A stretch of DNA of 33,882 bases from Mucilaginibacter sp. (GTDB lineage: Bacteria; Bacteroidota; Bacteroidia; Sphingobacteriales; Sphingobacteriaceae), in assembly GCA_036565645.1 (NCBI GenBank), contig DATCXS010000326.1, positions 1-33,882 on the forward strand. The letters are read 5' to 3'. The translations under genes and the position numbers were made by a program. The first letter of the stretch is position 1. Each line of letters begins with the position of its first letter. Below the pieces are notes generated by a model. That model was not told where the DNA came from. It saw only the letters and a list, made by a program, of their open reading frames with translations, and made no database searches. Shown here in pieces: positions 16,767 through 25,917 of the stretch.

Positions 16767-19595
16767 ATGTACCTTAAAAGTGTTACAGCTTGTACCAAGC
16801 CTAATCTCATAGTAATTATTGTGCTTATCGGTTTGCTTTCAAGCATCGGCAATAATAGCTATGCACAGCTATGTACGGGCAGTTTGGGCGATCCGGTAGT
16901 AAAAATTGATTTTGGCGCCGGAACAGCCCCTCATGGCCCGGCACTTCCCAATGGCACTACCAACTATAACCATGTTGATGACAATTTTCCTGTCGATGGC
17001 TCTTATACCATTGAAAGCGTCACCTCCGGCAACATCTGGTGGAATGCAAGGGACCATACCGGCAATAGCGGCGGCTACATGATGGTGGTCAACGCCGCGA
17101 CATCAAAAACCGATTATTTCTATCGTACTACGGTTACCGGCCTTTGCCCCGGTACTACTTTTGAGTTTGCTGCATGGGTTGCTAACTTGTTAAAATCCAA
17201 TGATACCAATCCGCCAAACATAACCTTTACTATTTCGACCACAGGAGGGACGGTCCTGGCAACTTACAATACCGGCGCCATCCCTTTAACCGCCGGCGGG
17301 CTGGTTTGGAAACAATACGGCACTTACTTTACTACGCCGGCAGGGGTGTCGGATGTAGTAATACAGATGACCAATAACAGCAACGGGGGCGCATCGGCCA
17401 ATGATTTGGCGTTGGATGACATTACCTTTCGCCCTTGCGGCCCAATGCTTACGGCAGATTTTGAAGGCTTCGGAGGAGTAGCCCAACTTGTGATGCCGGC
17501 TTGTATAGGCGTTAATCAAACTTATTCGTTGCACGTAAATGTTACCGCGGGCGGATATACTGATCCGGTTTATCAATGGCAGGTAAATAGTGGTTCGGGC
17601 TGGGCCGATATTAACGGCGCCACAACAACCACCTACCTCATGAACTTTCAACCTACTGTGGTTGGTACTTATAAATACAGAATGGTAAGCACAGAAGCGG
17701 CTAACGCCGGGAGTACAACTTGTCAGGTTGCGTCGAACGAGTTGACAATTAATGTGGGCAAGCAACCTGCCGCGGCCTTTATCGTTATGATTGACAACAC
17801 CAGCTGTTTATCCAAAAAGGTTGATTTTAAGGACAGCTCCACGCCGGCTGCTCAAATCATCGCCTGGTCCTGGGATTTTGGCGACGGGCAAACGTCGCAC
17901 CTGGCACACCCCGGCCATACCTATTCGGCTTACGGTAAGTATAATGTTAGCTTAACCGTAACGGCTTTAGGCGGATGCGAATCTACTAGTACCCAAATAG
18001 TAAATTTAAGTCCCAAAATTATAGCCGATTTTCAGCTGCAGGCGCAAAGTTGCCCGGGCCAGCCGGTTATATTTACAGATAAATCTACTATTGTAGACGA
18101 CACTATCATTCAATGGATATGGAGCTTTGGCGATGGTTCGACATCAGAAACCTATCCGGATAACAGGCCGGTCACCCATACCTACACCCAATCGGGCAAT
18201 TTTGCGCCAACCTTAGAAGTCGTATCATCCACATTATGTGTGAGCGATGTTACCTATAAAGCGATTACGGTATCGCCGGTGGACACCCCCCGGTTTAAAC
18301 TACCCGACGTTTGCCAGGCCGATTTTGTACAGTTTACCGACACCACTCATTTTACCAACGGAAGCGCAGGCTATACTTATCTATGGAATTTTGGCGATGC
18401 ACAAGCTACCGTGACTAATCCAAATACATCTAATTCGCAAAACCCCCAGCACCATTATTCGCAGGTCGGCGTTTATACGGTTTCGTTAACTTTAACTGCG
18501 CCTTCGGGTTGTTCTTTGACGACAAGCACGCCGGTTACCGTTAATGGCACAAATCCCATTGCCGGGTTTTCGGTTAGTCAGCCAATTTGTGCTTCGGACA
18601 GTGTGATATTAACCAACCAATCGACCGTCGACTTTGGCAGCATCAGCAGGCTCGAAATATATTGGGATTATGACGGCGCCCCTACTGTAAGCAGTGTATA
18701 TAATCGCTCCGCAAAACAAATTCCGGCTGATAATATATTCAAGCACTTATATAATGTCCCCGCCGGGCAAGCCTCCAAAACATATCATATCCGCATAATT
18801 GCTTCTTCGGGCAATAGTTGCGGAAGCACAAGCGATCAGAATATTGTAGTTAATGCAAGTCCGGCAATTACTTTGACGCCTTTAAATTCGGTTTGTATCG
18901 AATCGGGCACACAGCAAATAATCGAAAATAAAAACGGCGTCACAGGTACCGGCCAATTTAGCGGACCCGGCGTTTCATCCTCCGGCCTGTTTGATCCGCA
19001 GGCCGCGGGTCTTGGCATCCATACTATCCATTACGTATTTACCGCACAAAGTGGCTGTGCTTTTGTCGATTCAATGACGATATCAGTTTATAAAAGCCCG
19101 GCCATCAACCTGGTATCAAGTGCTACAGCATTAGAGGGCGGAGCGCTTACGCTTAACCCTAAAGTTGCCGGCGATAGCCTTACTTATCAATGGTCGCCGG
19201 CTACAGGGCTGAGCAACCCGAATATTCTGAACCCCACTTTTAGCCCTGCCGAAAACACGACATATACGCTAACGGCAACAACCGGCGGCGGCTGTACAGG
19301 GGTAGCACAGGTGGTTATATCCGTGTTAAAGACACCGGTGATACCCAGTGCGTTTACACCCAACGGCGACGGGGTTAATGATACCTGGGATATCAAATAT
19401 CTGGGTGCTTATCCAAATGCCATAATTGATGTATTTAACCGCAATGGCGCCAAAGTTTATACATCAATAGGTTATGCAGTATCCTGGGATGGCAAATTCA
19501 ATGGCAAGAGCTTGCCTTTTGGTGTTTACTATTATGTAATCAATCCCAAAAGCGGGCGCACCGCAATAACAGGAAGCGTAACCATCATTAAATAA
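16767..19595 (+). CDS. PKD-repeat surface protein with gliding motility-associated C-terminal (T9SS type B) domain
   Basis: PKD motifs WSWDFGDG, WIWSFGDG, YLWNFGD; CTD IPSAFTPNGDGVNDTW...VFNRNG...WDGKFNG..LPFGVYYYVI...GSVTIIK; start ambiguous (16746 or 16767). Confidence 0.92.
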   Translation: MYLKSVTACTKPNLIVIIVLIGLLSSIGNNSYAQLCTGSLGDPVVKIDFGAGTAPHGPALPNGTTNYNHVDDNFPVDGSYTIESVTSGNIWWNARDHTGNSGGYMMVVNAATSKTDYFYRTTVTGLCPGTTFEFAAWVANLLKSNDTNPPNITFTISTTGGTVLATYNTGAIPLTAGGLVWKQYGTYFTTPAGVSDVVIQMTNNSNGGASANDLALDDITFRPCGPMLTADFEGFGGVAQLVMPACIGVNQTYSLHVNVTAGGYTDPVYQWQVNSGSGWADINGATTTTYLMNFQPTVVGTYKYRMVSTEAANAGSTTCQVASNELTINVGKQPAAAFIVMIDNTSCLSKKVDFKDSSTPAAQIIAWSWDFGDGQTSHLAHPGHTYSAYGKYNVSLTVTALGGCESTSTQIVNLSPKIIADFQLQAQSCPGQPVIFTDKSTIVDDTIIQWIWSFGDGSTSETYPDNRPVTHTYTQSGNFAPTLEVVSSTLCVSDVTYKAITVSPVDTPRFKLPDVCQADFVQFTDTTHFTNGSAGYTYLWNFGDAQATVTNPNTSNSQNPQHHYSQVGVYTVSLTLTAPSGCSLTTSTPVTVNGTNPIAGFSVSQPICASDSVILTNQSTVDFGSISRLEIYWDYDGAPTVSSVYNRSAKQIPADNIFKHLYNVPAGQASKTYHIRIIASSGNSCGSTSDQNIVVNASPAITLTPLNSVCIESGTQQIIENKNGVTGTGQFSGPGVSSSGLFDPQAAGLGIHTIHYVFTAQSGCAFVDSMTISVYKSPAINLVSSATALEGGALTLNPKVAGDSLTYQWSPATGLSNPNILNPTFSPAENTTYTLTATTGGGCTGVAQVVISVLKTPVIPSAFTPNGDGVNDTWDIKYLGAYPNAIIDVFNRNGAKVYTSIGYAVSWDGKFNGKSLPFGVYYYVINPKSGRTAITGSVTIIK

Positions 19596-19631
19596 AATAG
19601 CTTTATCGCAACCTATTATTATTTTTACCCG

Positions 19632-19787
19632 GTGGATATTAAGCGCAAAAAGAATATGGTATCGCTGGTTGGTTTCACCCTGGGTTTTGCAGCGGGCATT
19701 GCCCTGCACCGGCACGGTTTAGGTGTAGCCTTTGGTATTGTGCTGGCATTGGCCCTGCGAGAAATTTATGACAAAAGGTTTTATTAG
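19632..19787 (+). CDS. Small (51 aa) glycine-rich two-helix membrane protein
   Basis: Manual translation from GTG: MDIKRKKNMVSLVGFTLGFAAGIALHRHGLGVAFGIVLALALREIYDKRFY* (alternative ATG at 19656); GxxxG repeats; fills the intergenic gap. Confidence 0.65.
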   Translation: MDIKRKKNMVSLVGFTLGFAAGIALHRHGLGVAFGIVLALALREIYDKRFY

Positions 19788-19793
19788 CAGCTG

Positions 19794-20288
19794 CTACCGG
19801 TGCGATCTGCTGGTTACTTTATAGCGCACAGTATAACCCGCATTTTGATCGGTTTGCTGACGGCCGTTTTTCATATTGGCTATCAACGGTTTCTGGCGCA
19901 GGTCGGTTGGGCTTTTTAATAAAAACTCTACTTTCAGCGTATCTTTCGTACGCTCTTGGGCAAATGACCAAACAGCATGCAGGGTATCATTTTTCAGTGT
20001 ACCTTCTATTATACCGCTACGGCCGTCTTTCTCATAAGGGTACCAATCCATCAGGCCTTGTACGTAGTTATCTATCAGGGTAAACTCTACAAGGGTGCTG
20101 TCCTTACCCTGGCGATGTACGAAGCAATAGGATGAAATAACCGGGGTCCTGCTGTTTTTTACGTTTAACGTATCTTGTTTTGCAGTATCTGCCCGAGTTG
20201 CAGTATCTGCGCTGTCAGTTTTTTTTTGCGGCGATGAACAGGCGGCTAAGCACAGTACAATCATTGACAGGCATAAATATTTCATCAT
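19794..20288 (-). CDS. Hypothetical lipoprotein
   Basis: Lipobox LAAC-SS, low-complexity DT-rich linker, PYEKDGRSG..G motif. Confidence 0.8.
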   Translation of the reverse strand: MMKYLCLSMIVLCLAACSSPQKKTDSADTATRADTAKQDTLNVKNSRTPVISSYCFVHRQGKDSTLVEFTLIDNYVQGLMDWYPYEKDGRSGIIEGTLKNDTLHAVWSFAQERTKDTLKVEFLLKSPTDLRQKPLIANMKNGRQQTDQNAGYTVRYKVTSRSHR

Positions 20289-20375
20289 GTTTAAACGTAA
20301 TTAAATAGTAAAATTTCTTAGTCGCTTTGGAGGGACGGTTACATTCAAGTTCTTTTTTTAATAGGTTTGCTGTTG

Positions 20376-21050
20376 ATGGAACATGTATTAGATAACCCTG
20401 CATATAACGCCCTGGCTACCGGCAATCAAAACCTGAGCAACGGCAATACGCAAATTAAATACTTTAGCAAGGAAGTTTCACCATTTGTGGGACTTAAAAT
20501 TATATCGCCCGAAAATTTTCACATACTTTACGATATTTTACCTCACGACGGTCCGTTTGTTTTTATACCGGTACAACTAACCGATATTCCATCGCCGTGG
20601 CAGGTATTGGCGGCCATTCCGGGTTATCAGATGGTTTACAATGGCAATGTTTTGCCGGTTGATGACAGCAATCTGGTGAATTTAACTGACCAGCATATTC
20701 CGCAAATGCTGGAACTAACCGAGCTTACCAATCCAGGCCCATTTGCTCCGCGTGCTATTGATTTTGGGCATTATGTTGGGATTTTTGACGGCAGTAGACT
20801 GGCGGCTATGGCCGGCCAGCGGATGAACCCCTTGCCCTATGCCGAGATCAGTGCGGTATGTACACATCCCGATTATACCGGGAAAGGGTATGCTAAGCAA
20901 TTGTTAGCCTTCCACATCAATCGCATTAAAGCCGAAGGTAATATCCCCTTTCTGCATGTAAGGGCAGACAATGAGCGGGCCATAAAAGTGTATCAAAGCC
21001 TGGGTTTTGATATCCGCAGCGAGGTGTGTTTTTATGTGATCAGGAAATAA
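20376..21050 (+). CDS. GNAT family N-acetyltransferase (FR47-like)
   Basis: LDNPAYNAL, LAAMAGQR, EISAVCTHPDYTGKGYA, PFLHV...NERAIKVYQSLGF; TAGGTTTG promoter element at 20362-20369. Confidence 0.92.
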   Translation: MEHVLDNPAYNALATGNQNLSNGNTQIKYFSKEVSPFVGLKIISPENFHILYDILPHDGPFVFIPVQLTDIPSPWQVLAAIPGYQMVYNGNVLPVDDSNLVNLTDQHIPQMLELTELTNPGPFAPRAIDFGHYVGIFDGSRLAAMAGQRMNPLPYAEISAVCTHPDYTGKGYAKQLLAFHINRIKAEGNIPFLHVRADNERAIKVYQSLGFDIRSEVCFYVIRK

Positions 21051-21054
21051 ATTG

Positions 21055-21090
21055 AGAGATTAGTAACCTTATCATAGGTCACTAATCTCT
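21055..21090. terminator. Hairpin between convergent genes
   Basis: AGAGATTAGT-AACCT...AGGTC-ACTAATCTCT inverted repeat. Confidence 0.6.
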
Positions 21091-21098
21091 GATCACTT

Positions 21099-23279
21099 TT
21101 ACCAACTAATGCTCACATGAATACCATCCGGGCTATTAGCATAACCCAGGAACAGGGTTTTTGACGACACATCCCATGACGACTGCACATCAGTGATAGT
21201 TTGTCCCTTCGCATCAGTAACCACAATGTTTTTAGCTGCCGACGGTAAAAGTATCCGCATCGCATTTTGCGTATTGACAGGGCTTTTAGCCACGAAGCTG
21301 TATTTATGTGCCCCAATCTTTTCGTCAGTTACTCTCGACGCTGAGGCCAGTACCTGTGGCCTGGTTTTATTAACCACACGCTTTACATCGTACAAATATG
21401 ATTGCTCGCCCGGGTTAACGGTTTTTTCGGCCAGCACCGGCAACTGCGGATCAAACAGATCAATCACCGGCCCCTTAACCATATACGGTTTGGTATCCGG
21501 GTTTTCGTTCAGTACCGCTATAATATCATAAGGGCCGCGCTCCAGGTAAAGGTTGTTTTTGAAGATCAGCTTGCCTGCTTTGGCATCAGTTTCGTAAGCT
21601 TCTTTTATGGCATGCAGATAGTTGCCGTCATTGTTGGCCTGCATCACAAAATCTTTGGGGTTTTCGCGCATTACATAAACATGCCCCAGGCCTACTTTAT
21701 ATTTTTTTGTTCCGCTTTGCGGATCAATGCCTAACAGTTTAAATAAATGCTGTGAAGGTGCCGTATACTTATTGCCTTTAGTGTTCCACCACTCCATAAC
21801 AGATTGATACGGATCGTCATCCTTACCCACATAGATCAGCTCGCCGCCTTTTCTTACCCAGGCTGCTAACTGCTCATGCACCTGTGCCGAATGCGGTTTC
21901 ATGTTCGAGTAGCTCATTACCAATACTTTGATATTTTTCAAGGTAGCAGCATAGCCCAGGTTCTCCATGTGTACGGTTTGCACCGGCACGCCGCGTTTTA
22001 CCAGCGGTAATGTCTGGCCGTAAAAAGAAGAGAACTGCGGATCTTCAAATCCGTCATGCGTCGGGAAACGCTGAAACATTAGTGAGTTGCTCATGAGCAC
22101 CCCTACACCATTCACGCCGCTTACTTTATTGGCAGATACCGGGATGCTGTTCAATGAGTTAATCATGATCTGCATCTGGGTTGAATAATACTTGGGAATA
22201 TATACGCTCGAGTCGCTATTGGCCATTTTGTATTTGCCGGTGTAAATACGCTCGGGCCACGGCATTACCTCATAGTTGGCCACCACAGGGTAAAGCAATT
22301 TGGCAGTAAATGTAGCCTGGTAGTTACGTTTATAATCGGCCCAGTCACGGTGCGCATCCTCAATAGGGTCGGTCAGGAAGAATAACTTACGTTTGGTAGG
22401 CGCGGTCATCGATACCATCGAACCATACTCTAAAAACGCATTTTCAAATACACGTTCTTTACGCTCGCCGTTAAAGTAAGTAGCCTCGCGCGCGGTTCCG
22501 GTCCACACCTGCGCAATATAACCATCAATACCCGGCAATGAGGCTAAACTGGCCTCAGGGCTTACTATTCGCCATGACGAGTAGTTAACCAGCGAGTGCG
22601 TGGCAATGTAAACTTTTACATTGATGCCTTTGCTTTTAGCGTAGGCCTTGGCGTAGTCTGACACCTGTTTAATGGCTTCATAGTATAAATGATATTTCAG
22701 TTTATTAGCTAAGTAAGTGTTCTCCGGGCTTTCGTCCTGCGCTTTCCAGGGGAAGTTATAGAATTTTTGCCATTCTTCTTTAAAATGCACACTGTAACCA
22801 CCGCGCATCCAGAACTCAGGCTCTTCTAAAAATATCTCCCTGATACCTACGTCGATAACCCGTTTGATCACGCCCGTTTTCATGTATTCGATGTACGACG
22901 GGATAGGTACCACATACGGGATGTTTTGGCCATGCATGATCGGCTTGCCGTTTTGCTCAACCTGGGCCACATCAAGGTGGTTTTGCCCATCCCATTTACC
23001 CAGGAAGTAATCGGCATAATTACCCCAGGCAATACCGGTCATGAAAGCAGTTTGATAACCGTGGTCGCGCCAGGTTTGTACGCGCTGCTCAAAGGTAAGG
23101 CCCGGGCGGTCATTAGTACCGTAAACAATGGCCATATCAGAGCGGACATCGATCTGCGGTATCCACGGGCTGCCGGTTTGAAATGCCGTTTTTTGCGGCA
23201 AGGCGGGTGCCGGCTTAACCTGTGCAAATGAGCTTGCAGAGGCAGCTATAAAACATAACAGGAGTAAGGGTTTTTTCAT
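21099..23279 (-). CDS. Exported hypothetical protein, probable glycoside hydrolase-like (TIM barrel + GATase-like domain)
   Basis: Signal peptide SSFA-Q; aromatic-rich N-terminal region with IFLEEPEFW; VLVMSY...QLAAWVRKGGELIYVG resembles a GH42 trimerisation-type domain; next to the GH144 gene. Confidence 0.5.
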   Translation of the reverse strand: MKKPLLLLCFIAASASSFAQVKPAPALPQKTAFQTGSPWIPQIDVRSDMAIVYGTNDRPGLTFEQRVQTWRDHGYQTAFMTGIAWGNYADYFLGKWDGQNHLDVAQVEQNGKPIMHGQNIPYVVPIPSYIEYMKTGVIKRVIDVGIREIFLEEPEFWMRGGYSVHFKEEWQKFYNFPWKAQDESPENTYLANKLKYHLYYEAIKQVSDYAKAYAKSKGINVKVYIATHSLVNYSSWRIVSPEASLASLPGIDGYIAQVWTGTAREATYFNGERKERVFENAFLEYGSMVSMTAPTKRKLFFLTDPIEDAHRDWADYKRNYQATFTAKLLYPVVANYEVMPWPERIYTGKYKMANSDSSVYIPKYYSTQMQIMINSLNSIPVSANKVSGVNGVGVLMSNSLMFQRFPTHDGFEDPQFSSFYGQTLPLVKRGVPVQTVHMENLGYAATLKNIKVLVMSYSNMKPHSAQVHEQLAAWVRKGGELIYVGKDDDPYQSVMEWWNTKGNKYTAPSQHLFKLLGIDPQSGTKKYKVGLGHVYVMRENPKDFVMQANNDGNYLHAIKEAYETDAKAGKLIFKNNLYLERGPYDIIAVLNENPDTKPYMVKGPVIDLFDPQLPVLAEKTVNPGEQSYLYDVKRVVNKTRPQVLASASRVTDEKIGAHKYSFVAKSPVNTQNAMRILLPSAAKNIVVTDAKGQTITDVQSSWDVSSKTLFLGYANSPDGIHVSISW

Positions 23280-23421
23280 ATCAATTGATCTTTTGCTGCG
23301 AATTTTAATCCGCCAGAATTAGTTTGATCTGTAGTTTATAATTTGAAATCAGTTTGCAAGTTAACAAGTTTTTATAGTGGCTTTAATGTGCTATATGTTT
23401 TTTACAGAACGGGGTTGAACA

Positions 23422-23456
23422 CATACTTATGAAGTTTTTAAAACTTCGTAAGTATG
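23422..23456. repeat. Palindromic REP-like element, possible terminator
   Basis: CATACTTATGAAGTT-TTTAA-AACTTCGTAAGTATG, immediately after the GH144 stop codon. Confidence 0.7.
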
Positions 23457-23463
23457 AATTGCG

Positions 23464-24807
23464 CTAAAGTTTTTTACCTGTCAATGCAAACCCCAGTTCC
23501 TTCAATCCTCGCTTTACATCCGGGTTGCTCATAAATAATTTCCAGATCAGGCCGCTCCTATAGTTTTCAATCATCACAATAATTGGCCCCTGGTCTATTG
23601 CCAGATATGATTTGGCGTACCAGTCATGCTGCTCGCTAAAGGCATCTACAAAGCCATATTCGCCCCAGATCTTGCCGCCCAGATCGTCATAAAAATGACG
23701 CATGGCCTGCATGGCATATTGCGGCGCATAAGGGAATGCCGATAAAGCTGCGGTAGGCGTAATCACACCTAAATCGTTTGTTGGCGAATGGCCCGAATAC
23801 CCTTTCCAGCTATCGCTGGCGGTAAGGCCCCAGCAGTTGGCCCCATAGCCTTTGTATTTTAACGGATTTTCAACGCAATACTCGTGATCTATCAAAGTAT
23901 GATTGGTAGTTTGCTGCCAGTAGTCGGCAAACTGGTCTTTCAGTCTGTGTGGGTTTAAGCCCATAAATGAATATTGCGTCCAAAACAGCGGGCCGCCATA
24001 GTCAGGGCCTAAAGGCAGGGTATATTTACCATAATAAGTTTTACCGTTGACGAATGTTTTGCTGTTGCTCCAGCCCTCAGTATAAACTGCTTTTCCGATA
24101 CGGTGTGTTGGCGACGATGCCGCCATTACATACGTAATCAAACATTCGTTCCATCCATGTATAGGCATGTTCATATCCCAGTTATAATCGGGGCTCCAAT
24201 GCCAGTACAATACGTTTTTACCTTGGGTAAACCAGCTCCACTCCACACCATCCCAAAGTTGTTTGATCTTGGTGCGCAGTTCTTTTTCGACAGGGTTATT
24301 CTTTGCAAAATATTGCTGAGCGACTAATAATCCCTGGAACAGGTAAGAAGTTTCCACAATATCGGCACCATCGTCTTTTTTACTGAATGGGATCACCTTG
24401 CCTGTTTCTCCATTCAGCCAGTGCGGGTAAGCACCATGAAACCGGTCAGCCTTTAACAAAAAGTTGACAATCCTGAGCGTATGTTGCGCCGCTTCCTTAC
24501 GGGATACAAATTTGCGATTGGCCGCAACAACCGTCGCCATAATGCCGAATCCGGTGCCGCCGGTTGTTACCACATTATTGCCAAAGTTCTTGCTGGTGGT
24601 GCTGCGCTCGCGGGCCATGCCGCTCACAGGATGCGCCATATCCCAGAAGTATCTGAAGGTTTGTTTCTGTACCAGGTCAAGCAGTTGGTTGTCGCTCAGG
24701 TTTTTATGGATGGTCAGATCGGCCGGTATTGGTGTTTGCGCCCGGACTGTCGCACAAAAAAATAATATTGCGGCGCAAGCCAATAAGCCAGGATTCTTGA
24801 TGTTCAT
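23464..24807 (-). CDS. Glucoamylase-like (DUF3131/Glycoamylase) protein, probable GH144 endo-beta-1,2-glucanase
   Basis: TFRYFWD.AHPVSGMARER, TTGGTGFG, DIVETSYL, LYWHWSP, GWNECLITY, GGPLFW.QYS, WGLTASD, YLAIDQGPI; signal peptide from ATG 24807. Confidence 0.88.
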   Translation of the reverse strand: MNIKNPGLLACAAILFFCATVRAQTPIPADLTIHKNLSDNQLLDLVQKQTFRYFWDMAHPVSGMARERSTTSKNFGNNVVTTGGTGFGIMATVVAANRKFVSRKEAAQHTLRIVNFLLKADRFHGAYPHWLNGETGKVIPFSKKDDGADIVETSYLFQGLLVAQQYFAKNNPVEKELRTKIKQLWDGVEWSWFTQGKNVLYWHWSPDYNWDMNMPIHGWNECLITYVMAASSPTHRIGKAVYTEGWSNSKTFVNGKTYYGKYTLPLGPDYGGPLFWTQYSFMGLNPHRLKDQFADYWQQTTNHTLIDHEYCVENPLKYKGYGANCWGLTASDSWKGYSGHSPTNDLGVITPTAALSAFPYAPQYAMQAMRHFYDDLGGKIWGEYGFVDAFSEQHDWYAKSYLAIDQGPIIVMIENYRSGLIWKLFMSNPDVKRGLKELGFALTGKKL

Positions 24808-24970
24808 TGTTAAAAATACAGGTGTAACTGGTATATGCAAGTTACAAATATGGTAGCATAAACATAGCAATCGTTTTTAAAAATTCAACCTGTAAAATTT
24901 GGATGGAGCTATCCTGCTGTTCTTTTTAATCGGTGGCTTTAAACTCCCGGCATGAAATGCACCTTTGGGT

Positions 24971-25130
24971 CAAAAATTCAGTGATCCAAAAACATGACTT
25001 AAAAGTCATAAAAAGTGATCCAAAGTGATCCGCTTTTCACAATAAAAATACCTAATTACTTAATTACCAATAGTTTATATCTTTATGGTGATCCAGGGTG
25101 ATACACATACGCGCGCGGATCACCCGTTCG
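24971..25130 (+). repeat. GTGATCC/IHF-like non-coding element, copy 1
   Basis: GTGATCC at 24981, 25015, 25025, 25088 and inverted at 25117; palindrome ATGACTT-AA-AAGTCAT at 24994-25009; aligns with the reverse complement of 33181-33338. Confidence 0.85.
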
Positions 25131-25376
25131 CTTTCGCAAGCAGAATGCTTGCTGCATTTTGGGTCGAAGTTGCAAACTTCGACCAGTGGTGGGAGAGGAC
25201 CCTGCGATGCAAATCTTATTTCCCCACGCTACCGCAAGCGTTTCGCTTGTGGCCTGCAGATAGGTAACGGATGGGGTTTGTATAAAGCTGTAGTTCTGTT
25301 TCACTTTCTCAAGCGGAACAAGAGTGCGCTAACCGGCCATTTTTCACTAAATTAGCCTGCACTAAAGCAACACATC

Positions 25377-25730
25377 ATGAAATCAATTGAAATTATATCA
25401 ATACCCGTTACCGACCAGCAGCGGGCCAAACAGTTCTACCTCGACCTGGGCTTTGAGGTGATGGTAGAGGCACCGTTTGAGGGCGGCGCATTATGGGTAC
25501 AAATGGGCCTGCCGGGCGCGTTGGTGCCCAGCATCACACTGGTTACCTGGTTTGAGGGGATGCCTCCCGGCTGCATTGACGGCCTGGTTATTAAAACCGA
25601 CAACGTGCATCGCGATGTTGCCGACCTCCAGGCCAAAGGTCACGAGGCCGAAGCAGCTAAGGAAACGCCCTGGGGCCTCTTCGCGGCCGTGAAAGACCCG
25701 GACGGCAACCGCATAAGCCTGCACCAATAA
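25377..25730 (+). CDS. VOC (glyoxalase/bleomycin resistance) family protein
   Basis: ISIPVTDQQRAKQFY..LGF and TPWG.FA.VKDPDGNRISL motifs. Confidence 0.92.
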   Translation: MKSIEIISIPVTDQQRAKQFYLDLGFEVMVEAPFEGGALWVQMGLPGALVPSITLVTWFEGMPPGCIDGLVIKTDNVHRDVADLQAKGHEAEAAKETPWGLFAAVKDPDGNRISLHQ

Positions 25731-25733
25731 ACT

Positions 25734-25758
25734 AAAAGGCGACCTGGTCGCTTTTTTT
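25734..25758 (+). terminator. Intrinsic terminator after the VOC gene
   Basis: AAAAGGCGAC-CTG-GTCGCTTTTTTT. Confidence 0.8.
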
Positions 25759-25917
25759 GTACAGGGTTGATCCGTTAAAGCTAACGGTATTAAGCGTAAT
25801 CTGATATAAGCAGAATGCACTTGGTCAAAATCGAACTAAATAATATCAATTGTGTGCAAACATAATGCGATACAATCTGTGACTTTTGGTCAACTTTAAA
25901 ATCTCCTGGTGTCAAAC

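Noticed and set aside
24971-25130. Possible oriC (GATC-rich, AT-rich, IHF-like site)
   Set aside because: No TTATCCACA DnaA boxes, two copies within 8 kb, and no origin-type gene context
25083-25355. Three short overlapping ORFs next to the GTGATCC element, considered as transposase or peptide remnants
   Set aside because: They overlap the repeat, show no recognisable motifs and have no counterpart at copy 2
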